Positions 28,593-42,415 of a DNA stretch of 64,000 nt are shown in pieces. The DNA comes from Eledone cirrhosa (lineage: Eukaryota). The notes under the pieces were generated by a model. That model did no database searches, was not told where the DNA came from, and saw only the letters and a list, made by a program, of their open reading frames with translations. How positions within the stretch are numbered: the first letter of the stretch is position 1; the number at the start of each line of letters is the position of its first letter. The stretch spans positions 311,550,001 through 311,614,000 of the forward strand of contig OZ024743.1 of NCBI GenBank assembly GCA_964016885.1. Direction: 5' to 3'. The translations under genes and the position numbers were made by a program.

Positions 28593-28745
28593 ACATAAAC
28601 AGAGAAAGCCTTAAGCGATACTCCGACCAACTCCATCTCACTCAACAAACATTAGGATATACCTAAGTATTATCCCAATTTAGTGTTTGGGGTGCTAACT
28701 AATCAGTATTTCGTGGATAATTGGTTGTATTATTTTATATGAGAC

Positions 28746-28934
28746 TGTGAATTGGCAGTATCGGTAGAGGGTCGGACGCCATGCTTTGACGCATAGAGTT
28801 ACGGCCCTTGCCATTCTGAGTTCAAATCCCGCCGAGGTTAACTTTGCTTTTCATCCTTACGGGGTCGATAAAATAAAGTACCAGTAATGTACTGGGTAAT
28901 TTCTGGCCTTGTGCCAATAGTAGAAACAATTATT
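28746..28934 (+). mobile_element. Full-length SINE with 17-bp TSD
   Basis: Consensus SINE flanked by attattttatatgagac at 28729-28745 and 28929-28945. Confidence 0.93.
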
Positions 28935-29290
28935 TTATATGAGACATTATTAAATAAATATCTCATTTCTTCCAGACGGCCGTTTTGTTATACGATTTCT
29001 ATAATTTGGGATAAATAATTTCCAGGTTATGTAGAAACTTCTATATAATCCATAGTTTTATACACAAGCAGGATCTTATAAACTCATCAGTGGATGCCCA
29101 GTCAATAACGATATAAGAATTATATCGACATTAACAGAATGTTGATGGTCTCCCTCAGCGCTAAGAAGAGACTGGTAGATTAGAATCCAGCAGTTCTCTC
29201 AAAGAAAAAATACACGCTGCCCCCTTCAATTCTTATGATATATGTCTCTTTCTTCGATATATATATATATATTATACACACACACACACA

Positions 29291-29339
<49 letters not shown>

Positions 29340-29349
29340 ACACGCACAT

Positions 29350-29434
<85 letters not shown>

Positions 29435-29629
29435 ATTAAGTAAGTGGCTATGTAGCCGGTCCCGGTAAAATAGACTCCCAGGTTAGTTATGACATTCTAA
29501 GGCAGCACCTCGTTGATTTATATATACGTATTAGTTATCACCTTGCTTCGACATTATCCATTGAGGCAACCATGAGTTATTGCTGTATATGTACAGACGT
29601 GTTTATAACCTGTGTTACATTTGTGGTGT

Positions 29630-29908
29630 AAGAAAATATCAAACGACGGCACGCCATCAAATTTTGTGTTGAAAGTCTGCACCAGAACATTTCATTCTTT
29701 AACACAAGCTTATAGAGAAGCCATTCTATGGGAAACTAAGGGTTTTAAATGGCACTAAGCTTTCAAAGAGGGCTAGGAAAATGTTGAAGATGAACTTCGT
29801 TCTGGAAGGCCAATCTCATCAACAAATGAACAAAATATAGAGGCGCCAATTAAGTGTGAGGCCGATTGTAGAAGAAATGGGCTTAGATAAAAATGCAGTT
29901 CACAGAGG
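29630..29908 (+). pseudogene. Mariner-like transposase N-terminal HTH fragment
   Basis: Hand translation with frameshift and stops: RHAIKFCV...LTQAYREAILWETKGFKWH*AFKEG*ENVEDELRSGRPISSTNEQNIE, matching the mariner W...F..G...ED..RSGRP motif. Confidence 0.8.
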
Positions 29909-30013
29909 CTGCTGACAACTTCTTTCTACGTCTCTAAGAGTATTTATCCTATTTTATAAGCTTCATTATAGCATTTGACTGTACTTTCAGTTATTATTTG
30001 CACCTGTACATAC

Positions 30014-30065
<52 letters not shown>

Positions 30066-30069
<4 letters not shown>

Positions 30070-30651
30070 ATAATAATAAAGTAGTAATAATAATAAAATT
30101 GAAGACTAAAATCCAAAGAGGGCTCGATAAGGAAAATATATATCAAATATATAAGAACCGTAGAGCAAATATTTATTAAAATAACAGATTAAAGTTTAAG
30201 CAAAGAATCCCTGCTTTCACCCTTAACGGGATCTTCTGAAACTAACAAAGTCAATCTGTAAACGCAGAAGTGGATATTTCAAAAAACGTTTAGGAGCGGT
30301 GAAAAACAATTACGCGCAAAGACAGAACCACGTTTATGGTATAAAAGAGGTCGTAGACTAATGTTCTCTTAGGTGGTTCATAGAGACGTTCTCTGGCAAT
30401 GAACCTGTCTTTGCGCGTAATTGTTTTTCACCGCTCCTATTAATGACGTATTATATTCGTTTTTTCCCGTTCTTTGCCAGCGAACGTTTCCACGAACCAA
30501 AGTATCGTCTTCCTGTCTTCCTCCGGTTGCAACGTTTTTTTAAATATCCACTTCTGCGTTTACAGATTGACTTTGTTAGTTTCAGAAGATCCCGTTAAGG
30601 GTGAAAGCAGCGATTCTTTGCTTAAACTTTAATCTGTTATTTTAATAAATA
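30066..30651. mobile_element. Non-coding element with nested inverted repeats between (TA)n tracts
   Basis: 30170-30290 vs 30531-30651 (~120-bp IR) and 30291-30325 vs 30405-30439 (35-bp IR); another family member lies at 40894-41067. Confidence 0.75.
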
Positions 30652-30652
30652 A

Positions 30653-31318
<666 letters not shown>

Positions 31319-31871
31319 TTTCCGTCAAGCACATTCTTTTTCTTCATTCATTTATTTATTTTTTGGTGGGGGGGTCACACATGTAGATGACATTTTCCCA
31401 AGGTTGTACGAACTCTTAGCCACACAAAGAACCACCCGTCTATGTCTCACTATCTTACCCTATTAGATACAAATATATGAGAAAATAATCTGGATATTAA
31501 AAGAAAACTTTTAATTTACTTGAAGCATTGTCATGCTATATGAGTAGGGGTGATTGATAAAACACACTTAATAATGTTAGCCAAAGTAAACCTATACAAT
31601 ATGTCTGCCGTAATCGACAATTGGAAATCTCGTCCTCTATGAATAATCTGCTTTCATCACTTTCATATAATTCTAATCAATATATTCGATGATGCAATTG
31701 TTGCTGCTGTTGTTGTTGTTCACAGCTTATTGAATATTGAGTCTGTATACTTTAGGATTATATAATATCATATATAACATTCATAAATATTTATGAAATA
31801 TATATTCTATGTAAGATTAATATAACATTATTCAGAAAGTATGTCTAAATTATGTTTTATACATATATATG

Positions 31872-31974
<103 letters not shown>

Positions 31975-32870
31975 GTGTGTGCGTGTGTGTATGCATTTGT
32001 GTATCTGATTGTGTATGTAATTGTGTAGATAGAGAGATTAACACTCTTTTATATACATATATTCATGTATTTATCTGTTTCATGTAAATATATGTATCTA
32101 TCTCTCTATCAATCCAGCGATATCTATATATATATATAATTATATTACATTATATTGTATTATATCATATCATATTATATCATATGTTTAACTATCTATT
32201 TATTGAATATTTACTACTTATATATTTTATATATAACTGACGGTTTATATATATTTACACATTCTTGTCCCAAAGATATCAATGCAAAACATTAACGAAA
32301 CATAAAACTTCTTCTGTTCAGCCGAGTTAGTAAGTGAAATGAAAATGGAACATGTGTGATCTGTGTTGAGTTAAATGCTTTATAATGGACATAAATCTCT
32401 ACCTTAGATGTTAGATGTCAGAGTATTGTTGAGACATATCTACCGATTAATTCTAACTACATTACAATACATTATTTCCGGATTGAATGACTCGTTATTT
32501 CTTCCCTCAAATCCCGTCGAGGTCAACTTTGGTTTTCATACCTTCAACGTCGATAAATAAAGTTGGCAGGCTTGTTAAAGTATCTTGTTGTAGTATTTGA
32601 TTTGGTTCTGGCCCGCTTCCTTCGGTCAGGAGTTGCCACCAGCAGATGGTATCAGCAGTAGAGAGTCCAGCCTGACAACCGGCTCCTTTCCCTACACACA
32701 CACATGCACACAAACACACACATACACATACACACACAGATATACACACACATACATCCATATATATATATATATATATATATATTAATAAGAGGAATTC
32801 CAACTTTGTCTGATTTACTCGTTTTATTTACAATCCTTTAAAATTTATAATGGTATTATAATGAAATAAT

Positions 32871-33051
32871 TGTTTCTACTTTAGGCTCAAGGCCAGCAAC
32901 TACCCAGTGCCTCACTGGTACTTTATTTTATCGACCCCGTAAGGATGAAAGGCAAAGTCAACCTCGGCGGGATTTGAACTCAGATCGTAAAGGGACGTAA
33001 CTATGCTAGAAAGCATGGCGTCCGACCCTCTACCGATACTACCAATCCACC
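32871..33051 (-). mobile_element. SINE inserted into the inverted pLTR, 8-bp TSD
   Basis: gaaataat at 32863-32870 and 33052-33059; the SINE is absent from the other pLTR copy. Confidence 0.92.
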
Positions 33052-33089
33052 GAAATAATATGATAGAATATTAAATTCTAAGTGTTAAT

Positions 33090-33128
33090 TGAACAAGTAC
33101 TTTCATGCTTTCGCAATCTTCAGGTTCA
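33090..33128 (-). ncRNA. Minimal hammerhead ribozyme in the inverted pLTR
   Basis: Exact reverse complement of the HHR at 35786-35824. Confidence 0.78.
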
Positions 33129-33220
33129 TAATATGTGGTGACAGTCAAGTTTGCAATTTTCAACTGTAATGAGATGGGTAAATTTTGTACCTTATATACA
33201 GTGAAAAGTGGCTCCAGAAT

Positions 33221-35373
33221 GATGAAATGCAAATTCTGTCAAAAGGACTGAAATTCACACCGACTCCAACAGTCAACCACCAAGAACTGAAGGAGGATAC
33301 CCAAGAATTCTGTTGAAAATTACGTCTTGTAGAATTCTTCGCTGATAAAAGTAATGAGAGTGATGAATCACTAGTAAAGAATAAATTAAATTTCACTCCG
33401 CCAAAAGGAAGAAATATCTATCTCGACCAATACATTGACATCCTGTCTAAATTTCCTCTTAGACGTAATACTAATGTTAGGCCAAACATTAACAAATCAG
33501 AAATGTCTGCACTTAAACGTATACAAAATGATAAAACAATAATAATTAAACAAGCAGATAAAGGGGGTGCAGTTGTTATGATGGATACTGAATACTACAA
33601 GGATTTGGTTGAGGAACAACTGAAAGACACAACATTCTATCATGAAATACCGTCAAATATAGACCACAACATCATGAAGAAGATCAACAACCTGGCTTCA
33701 AAATACCACAACTCACTTACTGATAAGGAAAGAGACTACATCATCAATTTTGAGCCAAAACCCAGCAACCTGTATGGCCTACCGAAAGTTCATAAGTCAA
33801 AAGAAATACAACTGGCAGTAAGAGAACAAAACAGTGAGTACATTAAATTATTACACCCAAAAGACTTAAAACTTAGACCTATTATAGCTGGTCCAACATG
33901 CCCCACCCACCGTCTAAGCAATTTTGTTGACATTATTTTGAAACCACTATGTATTCACATACCCAGTTTCATCCGGGATGATATCGACTTCCTGTCCCAT
34001 CTTCCCAAAACCACGGAAACGAATTCACTTCTACTTAGTTTTGATGTGGTAAGCCTTTACACCAACATTACACATGATTTAGGAATAAAGGCGGTTAAAT
34101 ACTGGGTGGAAAAACATAGAGAAGTGATTCCCATCAGATTCACAGTGCCATTTATATTAGACGCAGTTAAACTTATTCTGGAAAACAACACTTTCTTCTT
34201 CAATGGAAATAATTACATCCAAATTAGAGGCACAGCGATGGGATACTTAGAACAACAACTCTACCAAGAAATAGAGGAAAAATATAGTACTGACTTTAGA
34301 AAGTACATTGAAAAATCTTGGAAGAGATACCTTGACGACTGTTTCATCATCTGGACAGAATCTCTAGATACTCTGGATGAGTTCAATATCCTCCTGAATA
34401 ACCTACACCCATCTCTCCAATTCACAAAAGAGATGAGTAGGACTAAATTACCATTCCTAGATATAATGATAATCAAAAACGACACCACCATTACCACGGA
34501 TATATATTATAAACACACAGACACCCATCAATATCTGAATTTTAAGTCGTGCCATCCACCTCATACAAAACGCAACATCCCATACTGCCTAGCCAGAAGA
34601 ATTTGTACCATTGTAGAAGATACGAATACCAGGTACAAACGCCTAACAGAACTAAGAGAATTGTTGCTCAAACAAAAATACCCATCTCTACTTATAGAAA
34701 ATGGCATACAGCGGGCTATAAAAATACCTATACAACAACTTAGGACAACCCAAGGAAGAAGAAACAAGAACTGGTCATACCATTTATAATGACACACAAC
34801 CCATGTCACCAGAATATCTTCAACACTGCCAAAGCAAACCTACCGATCATTGCTCAAAGTAATGAATTAAAAGGCTTAATCACAGATCGATCTTTGACTC
34901 TTAGTAAAAGACAGCCAAACAATTTGAAGCAATTACTAACAAAAGCAAAGTTTGACCTTAACAACAAAGACCAATCATTCACTGTATCTAAATGCAATGA
35001 TAGTCGATGCGGCACATGTCAATCCATACACGCCGGTCAATATATGAAAACAAAAACTGGAAAAATATTCCCAAATGCAAATATGAACTGCAAAAGCAGA
35101 AATCTAATTTACTGCATTAAATGCCCGAATTGTGAAGAACTATATGTCAGGCAAACTGGAAATGCACTATCGGAACGTGCACGGGTACACCGTCAGCAAA
35201 TCAGAGACCCAAATGTCCGTCAGATACCCCTAAGTAACCATCTAGCAACATGTGGTCAGGGAATATTTATAATATTCCCATTCTACAAATTACACAGCCC
35301 AAGTGAAATCAAGAGAAAAATCAAAGAAAAGAATTTTATTGATAAATTCAAACCCAAGCTAAATGAACAATAA
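33221..35373 (+). pseudogene. PLE reverse transcriptase plus GIY-YIG endonuclease, disabled
   Basis: Motifs LSKGLKFTPTP, ADKGGAVV, YGLPKVHK, FDVVSLYTNI, GTAMG, RYLDD, PFLD, Cys linker CNDSRCGTC, NLIYCIKCPNC..YVRQTG. Lesions: in-frame TGA at 33314, apparent deletion directly after GTAMG, frameshift near 34770. Confidence 0.92.
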
Positions 35374-35435
35374 TAACGCTTAGGGTTATTACTTCTACTA
35401 TGACTATGACTACGACCATGTCGACTACTACCACT

Positions 35436-35480
<45 letters not shown>

Positions 35481-35585
35481 AATAATAATAATAAAAGTGA
35501 TGTTGATGGTGATGATTACTAGAAAATGCTATTTTCATCATTTCTAAAAATAGCAAAACAATTGATGCTTTGGATAGGATTAATT

Positions 35586-35722
35586 ATTGGTCGTTAGACA
35601 TGCTCAACCAGCCGTGACGCTTAAACCAATCAGCTTTAGTAATTCAGTGAAACTACACACCGATTGGTCGAAATACAGTTTGCAAGATTTAGCATTCTGG
35701 AGCCACTTTTCACTGTATATAA
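35586..35722 (+). promoter_or_regulatory. Putative pLTR Pol II promoter: three CCAAT boxes plus TATA
   Basis: attgg 35586, ccaat 35626, attgg 35663 (~40-bp spacing), tatataa 35716-35722, about 65 bp upstream of the HHR. Confidence 0.5.
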
Positions 35723-35785
35723 GGTACACAATTTACCCATCTCATTACAGTTGAAAATTGCAAACTTGACTGTCATCACATATTA

Positions 35786-35824
35786 TGAACCTGAAGATTG
35801 CGAAAGCATGAAAGTACTTGTTCA
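35786..35824 (+). ncRNA. Minimal type I hammerhead ribozyme in the 3' pLTR
   Basis: tgaac-CTGAAGA-t tgc gaaa gca t-GAAA-gtac-TT-gttca; palindromic helix III (agtact), as described for dimer-acting PLE HHRs. Confidence 0.8.
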
Positions 35825-35982
35825 ATTAACACTTAGAATTTAATATTCTATCATACTATTTCATTATAATACCATTATAAATTTTAAAGGATTGTAAATA
35901 AAACGAGTAAATCAGACAAAGTTGGAATTCCTCTTATTAATATAATCTTCTATACACAATCATACACACCCGTGTATATTTA

Positions 35983-36103
<121 letters not shown>

Positions 36104-37007
36104 TTGTGTGTGTATGTGTGTGTGTGATGGCTATCCACTTGTTTCTGAGAAACACCCAACTCTGGCTATCAAGAGAATCCTGTTTTAGACAATATGTAGC
36201 AGTATATTCGGATGTAAAGCTTTGTATACTTTAATCCCTCAAATTTTACAAATCTCCCTGCGTATACTGCAAGTTACAATATTCTATTGTCATAAGTACA
36301 ATCTAGTCAACCTTTTCGTCAAACTACGTTGGTAACGAATGAGACCAACTTTATAGATATAGACTTGCATGGGCCCGACATTCTTGAAGGAGCGTAGGTG
36401 CACCGTATTGACATTTGGTTATTCTAAGGAATTTTAGAACTTGGCGGAGCCCATCTCTCCATGTCTGAATACAGCAGACTTTTTCTAGAGATCGATAGAG
36501 AGTGAGAGAATGGGAGTGTAAAAAACATATAAATGAAGAATCAACCCTTGGTATTCTTTTTATCGATATCTGAATAGATGAAAGTCAAAGTTATCACCGA
36601 CGGGATTTGAACTCAGAGAACCAGATAGAATGCCACAAAGAATTCTATCCGACGTTCTAGCGACTATTCCAATTCACCATCTAGAGAGAATTATACAGTC
36701 ACAATTAACAAATTCCGTCTTTTCAAGCAGCTCGTTACATTCTGTATAAGAAATGTGTGCTTTTTTCAAAACCAATACCCTATTCTTTACACGTTTTCTC
36801 TGTTATTGGCGATTAAAAGCATTTCTTTCTCGGTTGAACTCACTTACTTTTCCAGCATTCTTAATAACTGGAACATCATTGAAAATGACCAAATAGATGT
36901 CACTTATGCATTTATTCGACTATTTTCTGTAGTAACGAAAATAAGGTGAAAACTGCTAAATTCCAATTGCCACCATCTTCTACCCAACAAGGGAGTTGTA
37001 TATATAT

Positions 37008-37044
<37 letters not shown>

Positions 37045-37048
<4 letters not shown>

Positions 37049-38253
37049 TGATAATGACACTTGGGTAAAAATATCTAACCCAGAGAACCCATTCGATGTC
37101 TCAATGGGTTCTTTTGACAGTGCTGATGTTTGTGATTTAGTCGGCCTATTCCTCCTACACACACTTAAAGAAAAATTCCCTAACCATATTTTGGGGCTTT
37201 ATCGCGACGATGGTCTAATACTTTCCCATACCACCATAGGCCATAACTTAGATAGATTAAGGAAAGACTTAATAAAAACCTTCGCTAGTTTTAATCTTAA
37301 AATTACTATTGACACTAACCTTTCCAATGTTAATTTTCTAGATATAAACCTAGATCTGCCTACTGCTTCTTATAAACCATACCATAAACCTAAAGAAAAT
37401 TTAAAATATATAAATAAAGGCTCTTGCCATCCTCCTATAGTTTTTAAAAACCTTATCCCTAATATTAGCCCTAGGATCTCCACCCTCTCTTCCTCAGAAG
37501 CTATTTTCAATAAGGCATCCCCCTACTATAATAAAGCCCTTCAAAATAGCGGATTTAGCGAACCGATTAAGTACATACCCAACAATACTAACTCTTTTAA
37601 ACATAATAATAGGAAAAGAAAAATAATCTGGTTCACACCCCCTACTCTCTAGCAGTTAAAACTAATGTAGGCAAAACATTCCTAGAGCTCTTAGATAAAC
37701 ATTTCCCTAGAACACATAGATACTATAAGATCTTCAATAGAAACTGTGTCAAAATTAACTACTCCTGCGGTCCCCCTATTAAATCTTATATCATCAATAA
37801 GAAATAACCCAGAGAACATCAAAATTGCTCCTGTAGAGTCAAAAGTGAATGCCCATTACAAGGTAAATGCAACACAAAAGCCATTGTATATGCGGCTAAA
37901 GTGACAACCATCGGCAACAACCAACCACGATATGTGGGTATGACACAAGACAAATTCAAAACGCGTTATTACTCACATATCGCATCTTTCCGACATCCAA
38001 AAAAAGATTCACAACAGCTCTGGCTAGCAGAATATGGGATTTGAAAGACCAAGGTATCCAATATAAATTGGATTGGTCAATTTTGAACCAATCTAAAGAA
38101 TATGCAAGAGGAACAAGAAGATGCACACTCTGCATAAGTGAAAAATATTGCATTTTACAGAACCTTAAATCACCAAACACCTGCCTAAATACAAAAACAG
38201 AAATTTTCACCAGTTGCCCACATGAAATCACACTTGCTTTCCAGCTCATATAA
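37045..38253 (+). pseudogene. Second PLE (YRDD-type RT with C-terminal GIY-YIG), 5'-truncated and frameshifted
   Basis: FDVSMGSFDSADVCDLVGLFLL, GLYRDDGL, VNFLD, RKRKIIWF; CSCRVKSECPLQGKC..IVY..YVGMT hand-translated at ~37825-37945; CTLCISEK..LN.K.E..SCPH. Begins directly after (TA)n. Confidence 0.88.
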
Positions 38254-39536
38254 ACTTAACTCACTTTCAGATACTTATCCTCCATAAACTCTTATTCTTC
38301 ACTTTCCTTAAATTATCCTCTTTACAGACTTCTCTTTCTGATTTACTTTCATTTTTAACTTTATTTTTAATTTTATTTTTATTTTTACTTCACATCCACC
38401 AGTACCCCCCCCCTTACTTTTCGATTCACTTACCTAATATCTTCACATTCCACATTTTACTTCCCCATTTTATTTCACTACCTGATAATGACTGTCACTT
38501 GCGTTTTCCACTCCAGATATATTCTGTTGTTTCGCAGCCGATTTTATATTTGTACTCATTTATTCATACGGCTGGTTTATAATCTGTATCTATGTGTGTG
38601 AGTGTGCTTATGTGTGTATACGTTCTGTATATGTATACGAACCCCTCCATATCTGTGCGTGCGTATATATATGTGAGTGTATGTGTGTTTTTATATCTAT
38701 GTTTTTTACATACTTATTTATACGTGTGTGTGTATGCGGGTGAATGTATGTGTATGTGTATGTATATGTGTGTATATGTATATGTATGTATGGGTGTGTA
38801 TGTATATATGTATATATATATATATATATATACATATATATAGTCGCGTACGTACGTATGATTAGATATACATGTGGTGATATATATATATATATACGTG
38901 CCTCGTATGTATGTATGTACGCATGCATGCGCTTTTGTCTGTACGCATTTGTGTGTATAAATATTTTTTATATATATATATGTGTGTGTACGTGCGTACC
39001 TATGTTTGTTTTCTTTTCTCTAGTGTTAATTGATTACTTTCTCTTTGATTTAAAAATTTTTTTCATTCTCACATATTGTTTCATTTTTATACATATATCG
39101 AGTATGACACTTCTTTTTACTATTACACCCCATTCCCTCTTTATCTTCCGCATATAAGTGACCGTGCGTGTGTGTGTTTATACCCGTGCTTTCATACACG
39201 TATGTGTATTTAATACCTGTATCTGGATGCGTGTTAACTATATTATCTTACAATTTCTTTTTCAACTCATATTATATACGTATTTGTGATCACATATACA
39301 CAAATATACTTGCCCTCATATATGTACTTACGCATACATTTTCACCATACACATGCATTTGTACATACACACATATGTACATTTGTGAGTGTATATACAT
39401 ACATATACACTTACCCTAACTATATTTCCTTATTTTTTTATATATCTCTTGCATTACTTTTATTTATATATTTTTTGCCCGTTAAACTCTTGCATTTCTT
39501 GAGGAGACTTTTCAATATTTCAATGTTTTAAATTGC

Positions 39537-39610
39537 CTTGTCCGACGAACGAATGAGGACGATTTTCGTATTCGTCTTATTCGGGAAACCTCTGGTAATG
39601 AGGTAATTAT
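39537..39610 (+). ncRNA. Hammerhead-like motif with U4C core, probably the 3' end of the second PLE
   Basis: CCGACGA, long helix II (cgaatgaggacga / tcgtcttattcg), GAAA, helix III acctc/gaggt, GUA triplet; helix I is weak; followed by (TA)n. Confidence 0.6.
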
Positions 39611-39629
39611 ATTGTATTGTTTATTATAC

Positions 39630-39673
<44 letters not shown>

Positions 39674-40200
39674 CAAACTCTCTGAACACTGCCCGAATTG
39701 CATGAACAAAAACTTTTCAACTTTCAAATATCTTAAGCCAGTGTTGATGCCAGATGGCTAAAAAAGTTATTTTTAAAAAGCCCCACTCGACAAAATATCC
39801 CCTCCGTCCCACCCTACCCCTACCTCCACGTCGACCCGCCTCACTGCACTATGTTTATGTAAGTACTTCTCACCTATCAGCTTTTTCCACATGTATAACA
39901 TACTTCAATGATTGCATGTATATAAGTATGTGTATATATATGTGTGTGTATTTATTTATGTATATGTATGTATGTGTATGTGTAGGTGTAAGTGTATGTA
40001 TGTATATGTGTATATATATATATATGTATATATATATGTATATATATATATAAATCTATATATATATATATATATGTGTGTATGTATATGTATGTATGTA
40101 TGTGTGTATATGTATATATATATGTATATATATATGTGTGTATATGTGTGTATATATGTGTATATGTGTGTATATATGTGTATATATATGTGTATATGTG

Positions 40201-40231
<31 letters not shown>

Positions 40232-40647
40232 GTATGTGTGTGTATGTGTGTGTATATGTGTATATATATATGTATATGTATATATATGTATATATGTGTA
40301 TATGTGTATATATGTATGTGTGTGTGTGTATATATGTATGTGTGTATATGTGTATGTGTGTGTATATGTGTGTATATATGTGTTTATATATATATATGTG
40401 TATATGTTTATATATATATATATGTGTGTATATGTGTATATATATATATGTATATATGTGTATATATGTGTATATATTAGAACTTGGCGGAGCCCATCTC
40501 TCCATGTCTGAATACAGCAGATTTATTCTAGAGATCGATAGAGAGTGAGAGAACGGGAGTGTAAAAAACATATATATATGTATATATATATATATAGGTA
40601 TATATATATATGTGTGTATATGTGTATATATGTATGTGTGTGTGTGG

Positions 40648-40686
<39 letters not shown>

Positions 40687-40688
40687 CG

Positions 40689-40731
<43 letters not shown>

Positions 40732-40822
40732 GTGTGTATGTGTGTGTGTGTGTATGTGTGTATATATATGTATGTATATGTATGTATATATGTATATGTA
40801 TGTGTATGTGCATGTGTATATG

Positions 40823-40900
<78 letters not shown>

Positions 40901-41062
40901 AAAATAACAGATTAAAGTTTAAGCAAAGAATCGCTGCTTTCACCCTTATCTGTTATTTTAATAAATATTTGCTCTACGGTTCTTATATATTTGATATATA
41001 TTTTCCTTATCGAGCCCTCTTTGGATTTTAGTCTTCAATTTTATTATTATTACTATTATTAT

Positions 41063-41134
<72 letters not shown>

Positions 41135-41219
41135 GGGTATAAGAGTGCGGTTTTTTGCGAGTGTGTGGGAGTAAAAGTTTTATATATATATATATATGTT
41201 TGCGTGTGTTTGAATGGGC

Positions 41220-41691
41220 TTGTAGACACCTGAAATATAGCTTAAGAGTAACTTAACAATAAGGAGAGGCACCCTAATTCGACCTTGTTTATAGAATTCT
41301 TTCTGCCTTTGTCTCTAAATACAGCTTTAAAGAATTAGCTTTTAAAGAATTCCCCTATCTCTAAACCCATCAACCAATGACCTCCACCCTTCTTGTAGAC
41401 ACCTGAAATATAGGCATTGTTAGCTTAAGAGAAACTTAGAAATAAGGAGTGGTACCCCAATTTCAACTTGTTTATAGAATTCTTTCTACCTTTGTCACTC
41501 TAAATATAAATTATAGCTTTAAAGAATTAGCTCTTAATGAATTCCCTTTTCTTTAAACCCATCAATCAATGACCTCCACCCATCCTCACCCCCACCCTCT
41601 CCTACCAGATATAAATACCACCATACTTACTTGGATAGTCAGCTTCCTGATGATTTCTCACGAATGAAACAGTTCTAGTCCTGTAGAAGCT

Positions 41692-41692
<1 letters not shown>
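41220..41692 (+). mobile_element. 3' end of a third PLE family with partial tandem duplication (pLTR)
   Basis: ~173-bp direct repeat (41221/41394), each copy starting with (S)CRHLKY, which resembles the PLE endonuclease C-terminus; ccaat, gatataaata at 41608, then an HHR, then (TA)n. Confidence 0.65.
41641..41691 (+). ncRNA. Type I hammerhead ribozyme, intact core
   Basis: agcttc-CTGATGA-t ttc tcac gaa t-GAAA-cag ttctagtc ctg-TA-gaagct; 6-bp helix I, near-palindromic helix III, GUA triplet. Confidence 0.87.
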
Positions 41693-41738
<46 letters not shown>

Positions 41739-42415
41739 ATAAAGTTATGAAACGAAAGGAGCTGTCTGGTTACTAAAAACAAGGTTTAGGATGGTGGTTA
41801 GGACGGAACAGGAGGAGAAGGGAAGAAACGAGTTTCCATCGTCAGCTGTAAATGTATCCCGAACCGATGTTTTGGCGCTGAATTACAGGACATCGCCCGA
41901 TGTATTTTATTAATCAAAAGGCCAGGTGGAAAAGGAGAGAGAAAGAGAGAAAAAAAGGGGAGAAAAAAGGAGAGAAAAGGAAAGAGAGGGAAAGGAGGAA
42001 AAGGATGAGGAGAGAGGAAGAAAGGGGGAAGGGAAAGGAATAAGAGAAAAAAGTGTACAGGTCCCATCGTGGGAAGACACAGGTGAAAGAAACATGCAAA
42101 AAAGTAACCGTGGAAAAATAGGGAAAGTAAGTAAGTTGTGGCCAACCTGGGAGACTTTAGCCTGGTGGTCAGCTACGACTCAGAGCTGGTATAATCGTGC
42201 TGCCTCTCACATAGACAGGAGAAAGTAAGAGAGAGACATGGCCAACCAAAAGTGAGGAGGAGAAGGGAAAGGGAGATAATCCAGAAGGATTTTTTTACGA
42301 CGGTGGTAAAAACGTGCCGCAAAGATTGCGGACAGAGAGGCCACCACGGCACGTGTAAACATGTCAGATCGACCAAAGCATGTAGGGTCACAGCAGTAAA
42401 TACAAAAAGTTATGA

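Larger units (their letters stand above)
32781..35944 (+). mobile_element. Penelope-like retroelement (Neptune-type), 5'-truncated with an inverted pLTR at its 5' end
   Basis: RT plus GIY-YIG ORF remnants; 32781-33221 is the reverse complement of 35693-35944; left flank is (TA)n. Confidence 0.93.

Noticed and set aside
33314-33316. In-frame TGA in the PLE ORF as selenocysteine
   Set aside because: The context FC*KLRL fits CGA-to-TGA decay of Arg, and the ORF has other disabling lesions.
38590-40915. Numerous YI/CV/HT-rich ORFs
   Set aside because: Translations of TA/TG/CA dinucleotide repeats.
41826-41850. Helix-II-less hammerhead CTGACGA-tg-GAAA on the minus strand
   Set aside because: No helix I complementarity across the putative cleavage site.
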